Origin: Chrysomallon squamiferum
Taxonomy: Eukaryota; Animalia; Mollusca
NCBI GenBank assembly: GCA_012295275.1
Contig: CM022665.1
Location: 33,418,001 to 33,482,000 of the forward strand
Length of the DNA: 64,000 nt
Direction of reading: 5' to 3'
The notes beneath the pieces are model-generated. The model saw nothing but the letters and a program-made list of their open reading frames with translations. It did not search any database and was not told the DNA's origin. The first letter of the stretch is position 1, and each line of letters starts with the position of its first letter. A program made the position numbers and the translations under genes. Shown here in pieces: positions 14,220-26,327 of this stretch.

Positions 14220-17200
14220 TCAGTCACCTCCTCCTGTTTCCTCATCCATGCCACCATGTACAGTATGTTCCATAAGGTAAAAATACAGCCCAGAATCATA
14301 ATACTCAGACCAGCTCTGCATGTCCTAAAGGATATTTTAGAATATTAGTAACAAAAAGATTTTTAGATCTGGTTGGATCTAAAAGACTCTTTAATTACAA
14401 TATACAATCAAATCTCTTTATAATGTCAATATTTTTGGTGATTTTAGTGATACAAGTTTGGTGATTATTGTGAGTTTTCTGAGATGATGAATTATTACAT
14501 GCACCAAACCTCTATACTGGCCCAAAAATACATCTGTCTTAAAGAATAACAAGAAGTATGTTTACTTATTATACAGCCTTTTATTTTGATCAATTGATAA
14601 GCATTAATGAATGAATTTAAGACAGAAAACATTTACATTGCCTATATTCTTTTTATTCACTTTATTTTGAAGAACTGCATGACACATATTTGTTTTGAGT
14701 TACTGCTATCAGTGAATCAATAAGAGAAATGTATGTTGTTTTTTCTATGTAAAACAAGAAAAGGAATGGGGGTGAGTATATCTTTATAGATTTATGTAGC
14801 AATTTATTTACAGGGATGTCTTCAGATTTCAAAATAATAAAACTTTGAACAAATAAAATATTTTGAATTGCATAACAGTTTTTGAATAGCACTTCACTGT
14901 GATGAAGTGAGAATGTGCCTTGTGGTGTGACACATTTGGCACTGTACAAGTACAAACGAGCATGATCAGCTAATTGCAACAACCTGATAATATTAACTCT
15001 ACCAGCATAAAAGTGTTTTCCATGATGCCATTTCAAGTTGATTTTGTTTGAAATACTTGTTTATATAGTTGTCATTGCAAACATTTTTTTTTTTATGAGA
15101 TAACAAGAATAAATGAAACTTGGTCTGCTTGATGATTTATGTAGATTTGACAAGACTAGCTGGTGGTTTATCAGTTAATTTTACAATACATTTACATCAC
15201 AGTGTATCACCAAAAGTGTTGGCAGATGGCAGATTGTTGGGGGCAGTACACCAATGTAAATTAATCTGTATTTAAATAAAACCAACTGGTGCTTAAGCAT
15301 TGTTTTGAGGTACTAAACTGAGGAAGTGGTATGGGGGTGCATTATAAAGAGGTTGGACTGTAATACTACTCAAGAAATGTTATTAATGACCAGTGAATAA
15401 TAATCACAAATATAACATCAATTGGTTATCAAAATTCAGATACCTATCTTTTTACAAATTATATAAAGAGTTCAGTATTTAATGATAGATAATGTTAACA
15501 AGTAGTTCTAAAGCCATCTTATCTTTTGACTCTACTAGCTACTGGAATTTCAGTTGGGCAGCTTATTACAAAATGATCCTTATCTCTGACACTAATGTAA
15601 CTGTCGGAAATGGGATAATTAATAACTGAAGCCTTCTTACTTTGTAAATCCATAGAAACTCTTCTGGACTGATTTCTCCCACTTCTTGGACCATTGTGTA
15701 ACCAGCACGAATTAGGTGAATTCCACAACCAGGTATCAGTTCTCTGAATATACAATAATAAATGTAAACAACCATAATGAATATTATTTAGTTTTTGGTG
15801 GAACATTTTAAAGTCTCCAATAAACCCTATATATATATGCACACAGATATTATAATCAAGAAAGACTATTATACATAATTTATAAAGTAATGATGATGGA
15901 TTTGTTTGTGAAGGGAATACCTCCAGTATAAAACTGGTGTAGCAGGAAATCGCACACCCTGTAAATCACAAACTCCCACTTGAAATCACAGGACCCCCCC
16001 CCCTTATAATACACCACAATACCAGTAGTGATGGTGTTTTTAATTGCATTTCACCATAAGCCTTCCTACCATATGTGATTTTAATATGAACAACATATAT
16101 TTGCACATTAAAAATGGGTCAAATTGTTTTTGTTTGCATATTTTTGTGCACAAAATTAATTATATTTGTGCTTAAGAACAGTTTAAAGTACAGTAAGTAC
16201 AAAAAGTATTTCATCCCACCACTACCCTATAATTTGGGGTTTTTCTGACTTTCTTTTTAGCTCCAGCTACAAAACGCTCAAGTCCCATACTTGTGATATA
16301 CAACTAAAACATAATAAGAGCAACAGTCTGATTTGAAATTATTTATTGACCAACTTCCTTCATACACAATAATTAATTAAAGTACTGATTACAATACACC
16401 GTCCGTTAACACTTTGTATCACCTTATGTTGCATCAGTCACACATCAGTCCTACAAGGTCTATGCCAAAGGCGTGCCAGAAAATGGGAGAAACATGGATG
16501 CTATAGGGTGTTTAATTTCCTGGCATTTGTAATTAACTGCTACATCTGACTGAGTAAAAAGTGCAGTTTTGAAAGTTATCTGGTTTACTGAGGATTTGTT
16601 ACTGAGACAAACCATTTGTTGGTTGGTGTTCTCTACTAATATAGCAACTACTATATAGTAATAGTTTTACTTTTTTTCTTTTTTTTTGTTAAATAAACTT
16701 TACAAAGATATACATAAAAAACCCAACAACAACAACAACAACAACAAAAAAAACACAAAGAAAAAAAACAACAACTGCAAAAAAATATTAAATTCCTAGT
16801 TTCTTTGCCAAAATTGTATAAGAGATACATGCAGACTATGAAAAGGAGCTCAAAAATGTTTTAAGTCAATCTAACTTTGCAACATTTCAGCTCACAATCA
16901 AGGGAGTACATGTCTTTCCTCCAGTTATTTAAACATCAAAGCTAATAATTAATCTATTAATTGATATTTGTCAGCTACATGACAATGACACAGGGGCATG
17001 GCCACGTGTATAATTAACAGGGTTTGGACATAAACCCCCCAGTCAAAAAATGCGCAGGCAGACAAAAGCCCTCCGAGTAGAAATGAAAGGTAGGAAAAAA
17101 CAAAAATACCAGTAAAAAAAATAAGGTAGGACAAAAGCCCTTTCCAAACATAAAAATAACTTAGTATAAATGCTTCCCAACTTAAAAAAAAAAATTCCAC

Positions 17201-20200
17201 CATTGTTTAGTATTTTTCCTGACACCTAATTATCAAAATCATGGAATTTATGTTAATTCGTTATTTGCTAAAGTAAACTGAGTCTGATCAGCTTTAATAG
17301 CTGACTAACTTGAAGAGTGATCCACATAAAAGTAGCATATAACTGACATAGCATACCTTAGAAAATGCAAAAAGATTTTGTTATGAAGTCATAACATCCA
17401 ATGATGTCTGGAGTTTTCATCAGCTTTTGATATTATTTTTCTGACATTACATTCACTTTTAAAATGGCAAAACTCTCAGAATGTGACTTCGCATACTTTG
17501 ACATAAATTATCTCTTAAAATTGTATCCTTCATCTTAACTGGGATTATTATTAGTTATTTTGTAATAATTAATTACATTTATCAAACAAACATTTAATTG
17601 ATAATCATGTCATTATACTGATTTTGATAAAGATATGCAGTATATATGCTTTAATAAAGTGATTCTTTGCAAAGCTGCTTTTATTGTTGGGGTGGGGGCT
17701 TTTGTACTACCTTGATTTTTCAGTGTTTTTTTTTTTTTTCTTTTTTTCCAAATCCACTGTCACTGCATTTTTTGACTTTGTGGGCTTTTTATTTTACATT
17801 CATAATTAGCTCTGTGAACACAATAACATTATTGGCTGTGTGGGTATTCAAAGTATAAATAGTGCAGTAATAACAGATGTTGGTATTAGATACCATTTGA
17901 ATTACAGAACACAACCAGATATTTTCATCTGGTGCAGTTTAGAGTAGTAAATTTTAATGTTAAAAAGATATGCAAATCCCAATGTACTGAGGGTCTGTAT
18001 TGAGGGTCTGACTGAATAAAGTAAAAAAATGAAATGAAAGATTGAATTTTTATTTAGTAGTTGTTGTTTTTTTGTTCTTTTAACAAACAGGATTTTCTAA
18101 GGAAAATTCTTACCAACTAGCAAAAAAGAATCTTTGACAAACGCCTTTTGTACACAGAAAACAAAGCAAAAAAATATGTCTTAGTAAACCTGACATTAAA
18201 ATCTGTATATAAAAGATAAAATTTAAAATGCTGCTAACAAATATTATTACTGCATTGCTATAGATTTGGTACAAGAATAAATTTTCTGAAAAACCATTAT
18301 GTTTTGGGGTTTTGTTTTAGCATTCTGATAAGGTTATTTTTTTTGTGGTAAAAACATTTAATTGCTAAATACTATTTTATTTGATACACTTTGTTTTATT
18401 CTGGGCAATGTAAATAAATAAATAAAAACTTTTATAACAGTAATTTCTGTAAGTTACAGCTAACTGTGCTTATAAAATACATGATTTTAAAAAATATAAT
18501 ATTTTAAACATTCCCAAAATCATTTTGTAGGAAATGAAATTAATAACAATGTGGTATTTTTTAACAGTAACATTGTTTTATGAAATCTCTAAATGGTAAT
18601 TCCCACTCCCACACACACACACAAAACCAAACCAAACATACAAACAACAAACAAACCAAAAATGCTGAAGTATTAATACTGAAAATAATAATTCAAAACT
18701 TGAAAACTGTTAATGAAGACATCACAATGTGAATGGAACAAAAATATTTTCTTACTCCATTTTGGGTATTAATCGCATCCTCTTCTTATGAAAAAGTTGT
18801 TTCAAGAAAAGTGAGAATTTGAATATTTCCAGAGCAGGCAGAATACTTTCTAAGTTCTTTTTTGGTTTCATGTGCAGCAAGTACTTCATGTTATACTTCA
18901 CAAGCTTACCACCAACCACTACCTAAAGCAAAATTTATAGTAAATGTGTCTCCCTGGCAAATGAAAAATCTTCAAAACAGTCATCATCAATTATCCCATT
19001 ATAGTAGGTATCTTGAATTAGCCAATTACAGACCACTGAGTAAATGCACATTATGAAACTGCTCAAAACAAACCAAGTATTCTCTAGGATTCCGGAAATT
19101 TTGTGTGTTTCTAATAAACATATTTTTCAATAATAATTCCAAAATGTATTTTTGACAGTGTTAAATTCTGAATGTTTTTCTTGATCATCAAGAAAATTTT
19201 AAAAAATCCCATAGGTGGTGGTCATGTAACATCTGCCAATTCATGGAATAAAAATATATTTTTATATTTACCCAGAGGCTAATTAGGGTTGATAACAATG
19301 GTAATCATAATGAAATACAAGATCACTTATTAAGATATCAAATGTCACTGGACATGAAAAAGGGTGCAATTTGTTTGAATCTGAAGCAGTGAATTTAAAT
19401 AATTTATCACTTAATTAACAGCAGTTCACACTGCTGTCTGTGGCACATGAAATACTATCATGATTGTCAAATGAACCTTGTGAGAAGTATGTACTTATTT
19501 TCCAAATGATTTTTTATTCCTGCTTTCAACAGGCATCTTAACAGGATTAATATTCTAATGCACACAAAAACCTAACCTGAATCACTGTAAAGTAGTAAAT
19601 ATTACAGAAATATGGTTAAGACATTTTAGCTGAATTAGCCATGTGGCTTAAGATTTTTTTACCCTAATACAGGCTCTGCTTTTGGTGAGAAGTGGTTACA
19701 ATTAGAGCTAGAGAAAATTTTCACAAAATAATAATAAAAATCTACAACACTTAATATTTCTTAGAAGTTTAATGTTATATCCTATGTTAGACCACTATAT
19801 ACTACAAATATAAATTTATTTCAAAAACTTACTTCTTTCTTCTTTCTTTTAATAAGCTGGAAAGGAGGGCTAAATGCATGACCTGGAACCTTTAAAGAAA
19901 ATATATTTAAGTTGTAAATATGTCATTGTCATTTAAAGTATGTGTATTTAATTATTTGGCTATATGGACAAATGACCTGTTACATTTTGTATTCTTCAAA
20001 GTTATTGTTTTGTTTTTTCTGGTGACCGGTTAATAAGCAATAATAATGAATATATTAAAATATAAACCTGAGAAGAATGAATAAATACTAATAGTGAATT
20101 CTTTTGCATATTTAATTTTAGTAAATAGAAATTTATAAAATTGCTAATGTACCAAAGAAATAAGACATAACCTATATAAATTTTGAAAAAGCTCAGAAAG

Positions 20201-21542
20201 GAAAATAATAAATCAATAAATCATATTCCACACAAATGATTCTTTTTGAAGTAAAAGTTATTTTGTTTAACATACACACATACCTTAGTATGATGCTCAA
20301 TATCAAACAATAGATACAGTAAAACTGACATGCTGTTGTAAGACATTATGTTTTTGTAGTGATCATTACCAGACAAAACAGTCTGAAACACAAAATAGAG
20401 AAACTGTTTTATTAATTTTGTTTTTTCAAAAAGAAAGAATTAACTGATGTAGAACTAACAAAAAATAAGCAGAACTCTCCCACAATACTGCATATTTAAT
20501 ATTGATATCTTGTGTTAACATAAAAACCTAAATGGTTTTAATTAATAGAGTTCTGTTTATCTTAAATATATATATGCATATTGTTTTAACTGTTATTAAT
20601 GAAAGCAGAAAATATAAATAAAATTAAAAACAAAATAATAATAACAAAGCCCCAAAAAACAGACAGGCAAAAAGGATATCTACAGAATAAAGATGATAAA
20701 TTTCAGACCATATGTCTTTAAAGAAATATCACAAACAGTAATTAACAAAGAAAAATGTAATTCTGTTTTATATCTTGTGAATAATACATTGTCAACTACA
20801 AAAAATACTTTAGTAGAAGTGGATTTTAACATGCTTCAGGGATTATTACAAATTGAGGACAGTTCTCTGCCATTAGATAAAAATAAATGTAACATTTTTG
20901 TGCAGAAAAATGGCAATAAATGTCATCCAAAATGGGTAACATTCTTCACCACCTAAAATGTCATATTCTTTGCACAAAACATTTTCTTTATAATAAAAAA
21001 AGCTGGTATATCCATGTTATTTTCATCTCTTCACATCAATAAAAATAATATTTTACTGACTTTATATATCTTTGCTGACACAAAGAGAAACCATTCAATT
21101 CTCCCAACAGAAAACAATCCTTCTAACATCCCAGAATTAAGCAGCAGATAGTTAAGGAATGGTCTTTCCTTGACACGACTCAGAATTCCAAAAGCTGTAA
21201 CACAGATGTCATCTTGAAAAAAGAAAAAAAGAAAAGAAAAGGAGACATAAAATATCTTTCCGTAAAACCTTAATTCATCATTAATTGATAAATAAGGGTG
21301 TTAATCCACAAAATTGTCTGAAAATAATAGTGACCCCAGGAACAAAGCATGACCTATGCTGAAACTAAAGCAGCAACATGTTTAGGCAGCACCACCTGCC
21401 AAAATTAATTAAACTATTTCAATATAAAATAATTAAGAATTATATATCTCTATATCTGTATCTATTTGTCTATCTATCTATAAATATTACTATGAAATAA
21501 GCTTTTTATAACAATTAATGAATAAAAATCACTGCAATCTGG

Positions 21543-21574
<32 letters not shown>

Positions 21575-23767
21575 GTACAATTGTTTGAAGGAAAAAGACA
21601 GACGAATACTGATTATAACATACATATAAAATAAAATAAATTGATTTCCTTTTGTGGAAAATTCTGTTTTTGTTAATATTTCTAAACACATTTGATTTAA
21701 ATATTTCTGTTTCTGTATTTAAACATTTTTAATATTTCATTTGATGCAAACAAAATAATTTTAACTCTTATTGAAAATATGTTTTTAAAAAAAAGAAAAA
21801 CAGTGATAATAAAGATAAACCATATTATCTATTTATCTTTCTGATTGATGCAATGCTATTACCATGGTTTTTTGGTGTTGTCTGCTGCAAGGAGGCAACA
21901 ATTTCCATTTCTTTTTCTTTATAATCTTTGTCAAAGTTTGAACTATTACTGTCTCTGTGCCAGAGACCAAAACAGTCCCACTGAAAACAGTGTAACCTTC
22001 CTTCTGATATCTCTTTATGGAAATGTTTCTGTAAAAGTATAAACAATATCTCTGTAAACATCACCATTAAATGTGTTCTGTATACTTCTAAGTCACTTTT
22101 TTCTTCTCTTTTTATAATTTTACTTTGCAAATAAACTACAAAAAAACAACAAGAAGTTCAAGCTACATGGAGGCTAACTTTTTCCGTATCTTCATATTTT
22201 AGGCATTTCATATATAACTTTCAAATTATTTTTAATAATTATTATGTAATTATTATTTTTGTATTAATTATTATCATTTGTATGCACAAACCTTTATTAA
22301 GGACAGAAAGTGGTCTTTGGTATCTGTAGCTACAATATGTTGCACACCATTGTGAAACAGTTCCTTTGTTACAATGCCAGGACCTATTAAAATGGGAATT
22401 TAGTTTTAAAAACCTAAAGACAAAATGTGATAAATCAGTTTGTGGAAATCAAGTAGATAAGATTTAATTATTAAACTAATATTTATAAGATTTTATTTCT
22501 GTGTCTTTTCTGATATATCTCATTAAAAATTGTTTGGTGTTGTCTTTCATTACTCTTTACAGGAAATTAAACAGAATTAACTCAGATGAAACAAACAAAC
22601 AAAAAAACCACCAAAGGCTAGTAATTTAACTACAAATTCTAAAATAGGCTGGTAACTGTTTATCTGAAATGCTTAGGATCAGAAGTGTTTCAGATTTTGG
22701 AATATAAGGAGAATAGTGAATAGGATCTAAATCTAAATATGAATTCCATTTATTTATAGTCTGCAGGATTTATTTATATAATATTTTCATAAATTTGTGC
22801 ATAAAATGAAGTTTGTGAGTGCAAAAAATCCAAACTCTGTAAGATATCACTCTGTTGAAAGATTTGCAACTTTTCAGATTTTGAAAATTTGGATAATGGA
22901 TCCTCAATCTGTAGATGTCCATACTTAGCAATACTTTTATTTAATTTTGTTCAGTTATACCTGGGTTTATTTCCAGTACAGTGCTATTCTGGCTTGATCT
23001 GTTCTTCAAAATAATATCAGCAACTGAAGCTGAAATTATATGAACATAGTAAACAATCACAAACATTGACAGTATGCATGTTTCATCTATGTTTATTTCT
23101 AGTGCTTGAGTTATAAACATATCTGAAAAATATACAAAAATAAATTAAAATGAACCTAAATTGCATTAAAAGTTATTTTCTTCATCACAAATTACTAAAA
23201 CTTCTGGTACATACTATATTTAGGACAAATCATTTTAAATGTAAGCTTTATCAGTGTTAAAATTAAACAGTGATATTTTATTCTCTTTCATTTATCTTTA
23301 AACAATTTTTTATATATATATATTATCAACAGTACTTATAAAATTATAATACTTAAATGAATATAATATAATCTCTGCTATAAAACATAACATCATCTAT
23401 ATTAACTTTTAAACCTAATAACATTGTTATTAACAGCTAAACTTGTATTGACATATATACATTTATTTGATCTTGATGACTGAAAAACAAAGTAACTTTC
23501 AAAGTATATATCCAGAAAGAAAAATAAATAATATATATACTTACATGCCAATTTTCGGTCTAATATATAATGACACGACCGAAATTTTGCTGATGTGATC
23601 GACTGATAAACTGTTAAGTGATCTTCGTGCTCTGAACTGGTCAATTTAATATTTGCAATTAATAAATTTCTAATATATTTTTTTAAATGTATGGAACGAA
23701 TTCGTTCAGATGTAAATAATAAACGGAACATTTGACTTTTTCCATAAATAAAGAAAAATAATGCCAT
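14220..23767 (-). CDS. TFB2M: Mitochondrial transcription factor B2 / dimethyladenosine transferase 2-like (KsgA/Dim1 fold), 10 exons, 410 aa
   Basis: Exons (minus): 23767-23545, 23029-22961, 22383-22292, 22028-21863, 21212-21061, 20382-20284, 19889-19833, 18922-18756, 15743-15641, 14324-14220. All GT-AG and phase-consistent, 1233 nt. Translation includes a basic N-terminal presequence-like region, HYILDRKLASSVADII..VLEINPGPGIVTKELF (SAM motif I), GRIEWFLFVS, LKQLFHKKRMRLIPKMEELIPGCGIHLI and MQSWSEY, matching TFB2M-family motifs. Confidence 0.9.
15933..16017. mobile_element. Short GC-rich MITE relic (PIF/Harbinger-like ends)
   Basis: CTGGTGTAGC ... CCCCCCCC..TACACCAC: short inverted ends with a C-tract. 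Confidence 0.3.
16772..16851 (+). repeat. Dispersed repeat, copy 2 (copy 1 at ~6520-6600)
   Basis: Direct similarity to 6520-6600. Confidence 0.7.
17020..17800. mobile_element. Foldback-type non-autonomous DNA transposon with repeated GACAAAAGCCC subterminal units (MULE/Phantom-like)
   Basis: Left arm has AGTCAAAAAATGC, GACAAAAGCCC and AAGGTAGGACAAAAGCCC; the right arm has the inverted GGGCTTTTGTACTACCTT and GCATTTTTTGACT. Lies in TFB2M intron 8. Confidence 0.6.
22645..22911. mobile_element. Tigger4-like (TcMar-Tigger) non-autonomous element, CpG-decayed
   Basis: TTATCTGAAATGCTTAGGATCAGAAGTGTTTCAGATTTTGGAATAT ... TTTGTGCATAAAATGAAGTTTGTG ... GGATAATGGATCCTCAATCTG|TA. As I recall it, this resembles the Tigger4/MER46 terminal sequence. 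In TFB2M intron 2. Confidence 0.6.
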
Positions 23768-24117
23768 TTTGAATCTGGCATGTGTATGTACAACATATAT
23801 TAATGAAGTCAGTCTTAGTTATGTTAACTTTAAACTAATTTTTGGCAGCCTTTTATTAGAACAGAAATCCCAAAATGTTTTAATCAACTAATTTAAAATG
23901 ATAAGGGAATGGTATAACATATACGTATCTGCTTTGATGAATTAAGTGTTTCTAACAGTCAATCAGATAAAATAACTATACTAATAAATATTATCATGGT
24001 TTCTTATGGATGTCGCCATTTTAACTGTCATGTGACACAGGTCAAGACACGTGATAAAAATAAGTCTTAACAGAAGTTTAACAAAAACAAAATAAATTAA
24101 ACCAAAAAGAAAAAAAA

Positions 24118-24158
<41 letters not shown>

Positions 24159-24163
24159 AAAAA

Positions 24164-24194
<31 letters not shown>

Positions 24195-24431
24195 TTAAAT
24201 TTAGTAATTTCGGGAAAGTCTTTTCTTTTTAAAAGTCGTTTAGTGATACTTTAATATAAACAAACAAAATATAATGCATTTTTAAAACTTCGTTTTTGCT
24301 CGATATATCCGATATTGCAGTTTCCGAACATCACCGATCTAAAGCGCGGAAGGAAAAGAGACCGAAAATTAATGGTGGTGGTGGCTATTCCGTTTTCATG
24401 CTTCAGTGATTATGCTTTCTTGTGTGATAAG
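23768..24431. promoter_or_regulatory. Candidate bidirectional promoter of TFB2M and the MBD-F-box gene; probable non-coding first exon ending at 24431
   Basis: CpG-retaining zone ~23550-24800; YY1-like GCCATTTT (~24015); CACGTG (~24048); plus-strand donor AAG|GTAATA at 24431/24432. The next strong acceptor of the MBD-F-box gene is at 36762. Confidence 0.5.
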
Positions 24432-24895
24432 GTAATAGTTTATATATTAATGTGTATGACAAGCAGTCTGGTAATTGTTACGTACCTCATATTTTCTTAC
24501 AGACTAACATCGGCAATTATAAATTTAAATTACTGAACAAATTAACAAATGTAATAATAATGCACATTTTTACTGGACGAATGTTTTTATTTAATATTTT
24601 GTACCACTAATCGCACTTGTACTAATTTATGTCATACATGTTAAACGATTGCAGTGTTTATATATTGTGTGGTATCAATTCCGACATCGTCATACTGTAT
24701 ACGATGAATCTGATCAATTTTGCGGAGTTGCCAGAGGACAACCATGGACTTTCCTTTTTACGTTTTTTTACCAACACCCCACCCCCCATTTCTTTTTTTC
24801 TTATTTTAGAACATGGAAAACAGAGTATTCCAAGTAGATGTGATGTAACACATAGAAAAGAAACAAGGAACACTTAACAACAGCGACTGACTTAT

Positions 24896-24897
<2 letters not shown>

Positions 24898-24990
<93 letters not shown>

Positions 24991-25001
24991 ACACACACAC
25001 A
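24898..25001. repeat. Compound microsatellite (TC)n(CA)n
   Basis: Directly visible; also An(GA)nAn(TA)n at ~24110-24195. Confidence 0.95.
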
Positions 25002-25358
25002 TATTTAATAGCCTATAATCTAACATTGAATAAATGATCAGTTTAAAAAAAATGATAATAGTATAGTACAATTGGAGCCAATCCTATATCCACAGAGGTC
25101 ATCATCATAAAGTCTACTACATAACATCAAACAAGAGGCACTGGACTCTTCCAGTGCTGAACAATTTTTTTTCTAGTGTCATTTGGCAGCCATTCTCATA
25201 CTGACTAGAGAAAATAATAGGGTTGGGAGTGGTCTGAAAGTGAGGGTGTGGGCTGGGAATTTGGTACCAGATCCTATGTTGCAGTCAGCTATTTCTGTGT
25301 AAACTGAATTCTTGTTTTATATACAGAGAAATATATTTTTTGAATATGTTTACAAATA

Positions 25359-25470
25359 CAGTGGTACCTTGATACACAAGTTTAATTCATTCTGTGACCA
25401 AGCTTGTATGTCAATTTGCTCATATATCAAATCAATTTTCCTAACTGAAATTAACTGAAATACTATTAAT
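25359..25470 (-). mobile_element. Tigger terminal fragment, same family as 616-1322
   Basis: TA|CAGTGGTACCTTGA..TTTAATTCATTCTGTGACC..ATATCAAATCAATTTTCC aligns to the reverse complement of the right end of 616-1322. Confidence 0.85.
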
Positions 25471-25718
25471 GATCTGTGAAAATATATGTTACCAGACAGT
25501 TCAAACCACAAACACAGTAGGGAAGATCGTCTTGGGGTGGTGTTAAATGACTAAGTTCACATGCAGGGCAAGATAGAGTTCACTTTACCAACCTATTCTG
25601 ACAGAGCAGCATGCTTATAAAGCTAAGTAAATCTAGTTTCCACATGCAACCATGTTAATATATGACACATGCTCATCAGCTGACTGTTACATCACTATTT
25701 AGGTTGATTTAAACATGC

Positions 25719-26327
25719 GGGTCATTCCGTGTCAAATCACCCAATGGGTTAAACCCGACTGTCACAGATTTTTATGAAACTTGGTATACTTGTTGACTGG
25801 GATCCCACAGCACCAAATCTGAAATTTTAGGCCAATTGGATGAGTGTGAGATATGGTGTGGGAGATACGGCCCCCCCCGAATTTTGAGATTTTTGGCAAA
25901 AATGGGCATGACTTTTTTATATTTTAGTTAACACGTGGGAGATTAAATTTCAATAAAGGTCATCTCAAGGTCACGTGAAACAGTGTCAATTTCAAGGTCA
26001 TAACAAAAGTCAGAAGGTCTGTGACCTCCAAATTTTCCAAACTGAACAATAATGGCAGATTTGGAATCCTTGTCATATTGCCTTTTCAACAATACCAATT
26101 TTATGAAGATTGGCCCAGTGGTTCCTGAGATATGAGGGTTCAAAGGTTGGCGGTCACTACCATTTTTGCCAAAAATCTCAAAATTCGATGGGCCTTATCT
26201 CCCACACCACTGGTCCGATTGGCCTAAAATTTCAGATTTGGTGCTGTGGAATTCCAGTCAACAAGTATACCAAGTTTCATAAAAATCTGAGACAGTTGGG
26301 TTTAATTTTTTTGACATGGAATGACCC
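25719..26327. mobile_element. MITE with ~150-bp TIRs (GGG...CCC termini, possible 4-bp TSD; Sola2-like by termini)
   Basis: GGGTCATTCCGTGTCAAA..CAGATTTTTATGAAACTTGGTATACTTGTTGACTGG..CCACAGCACCAAATCTGAAATTTTAGGCCAAT is mirrored at 26190-26327. Flanks are ATGC and ATAC. Confidence 0.85.

Noticed and set aside
23980-24018. Upstream ATG (AAAATGGCGAC) as TFB2M start
   Set aside because: Reads MATSIRNHDNIY* with an early stop; more likely a YY1-type promoter motif or uORF.
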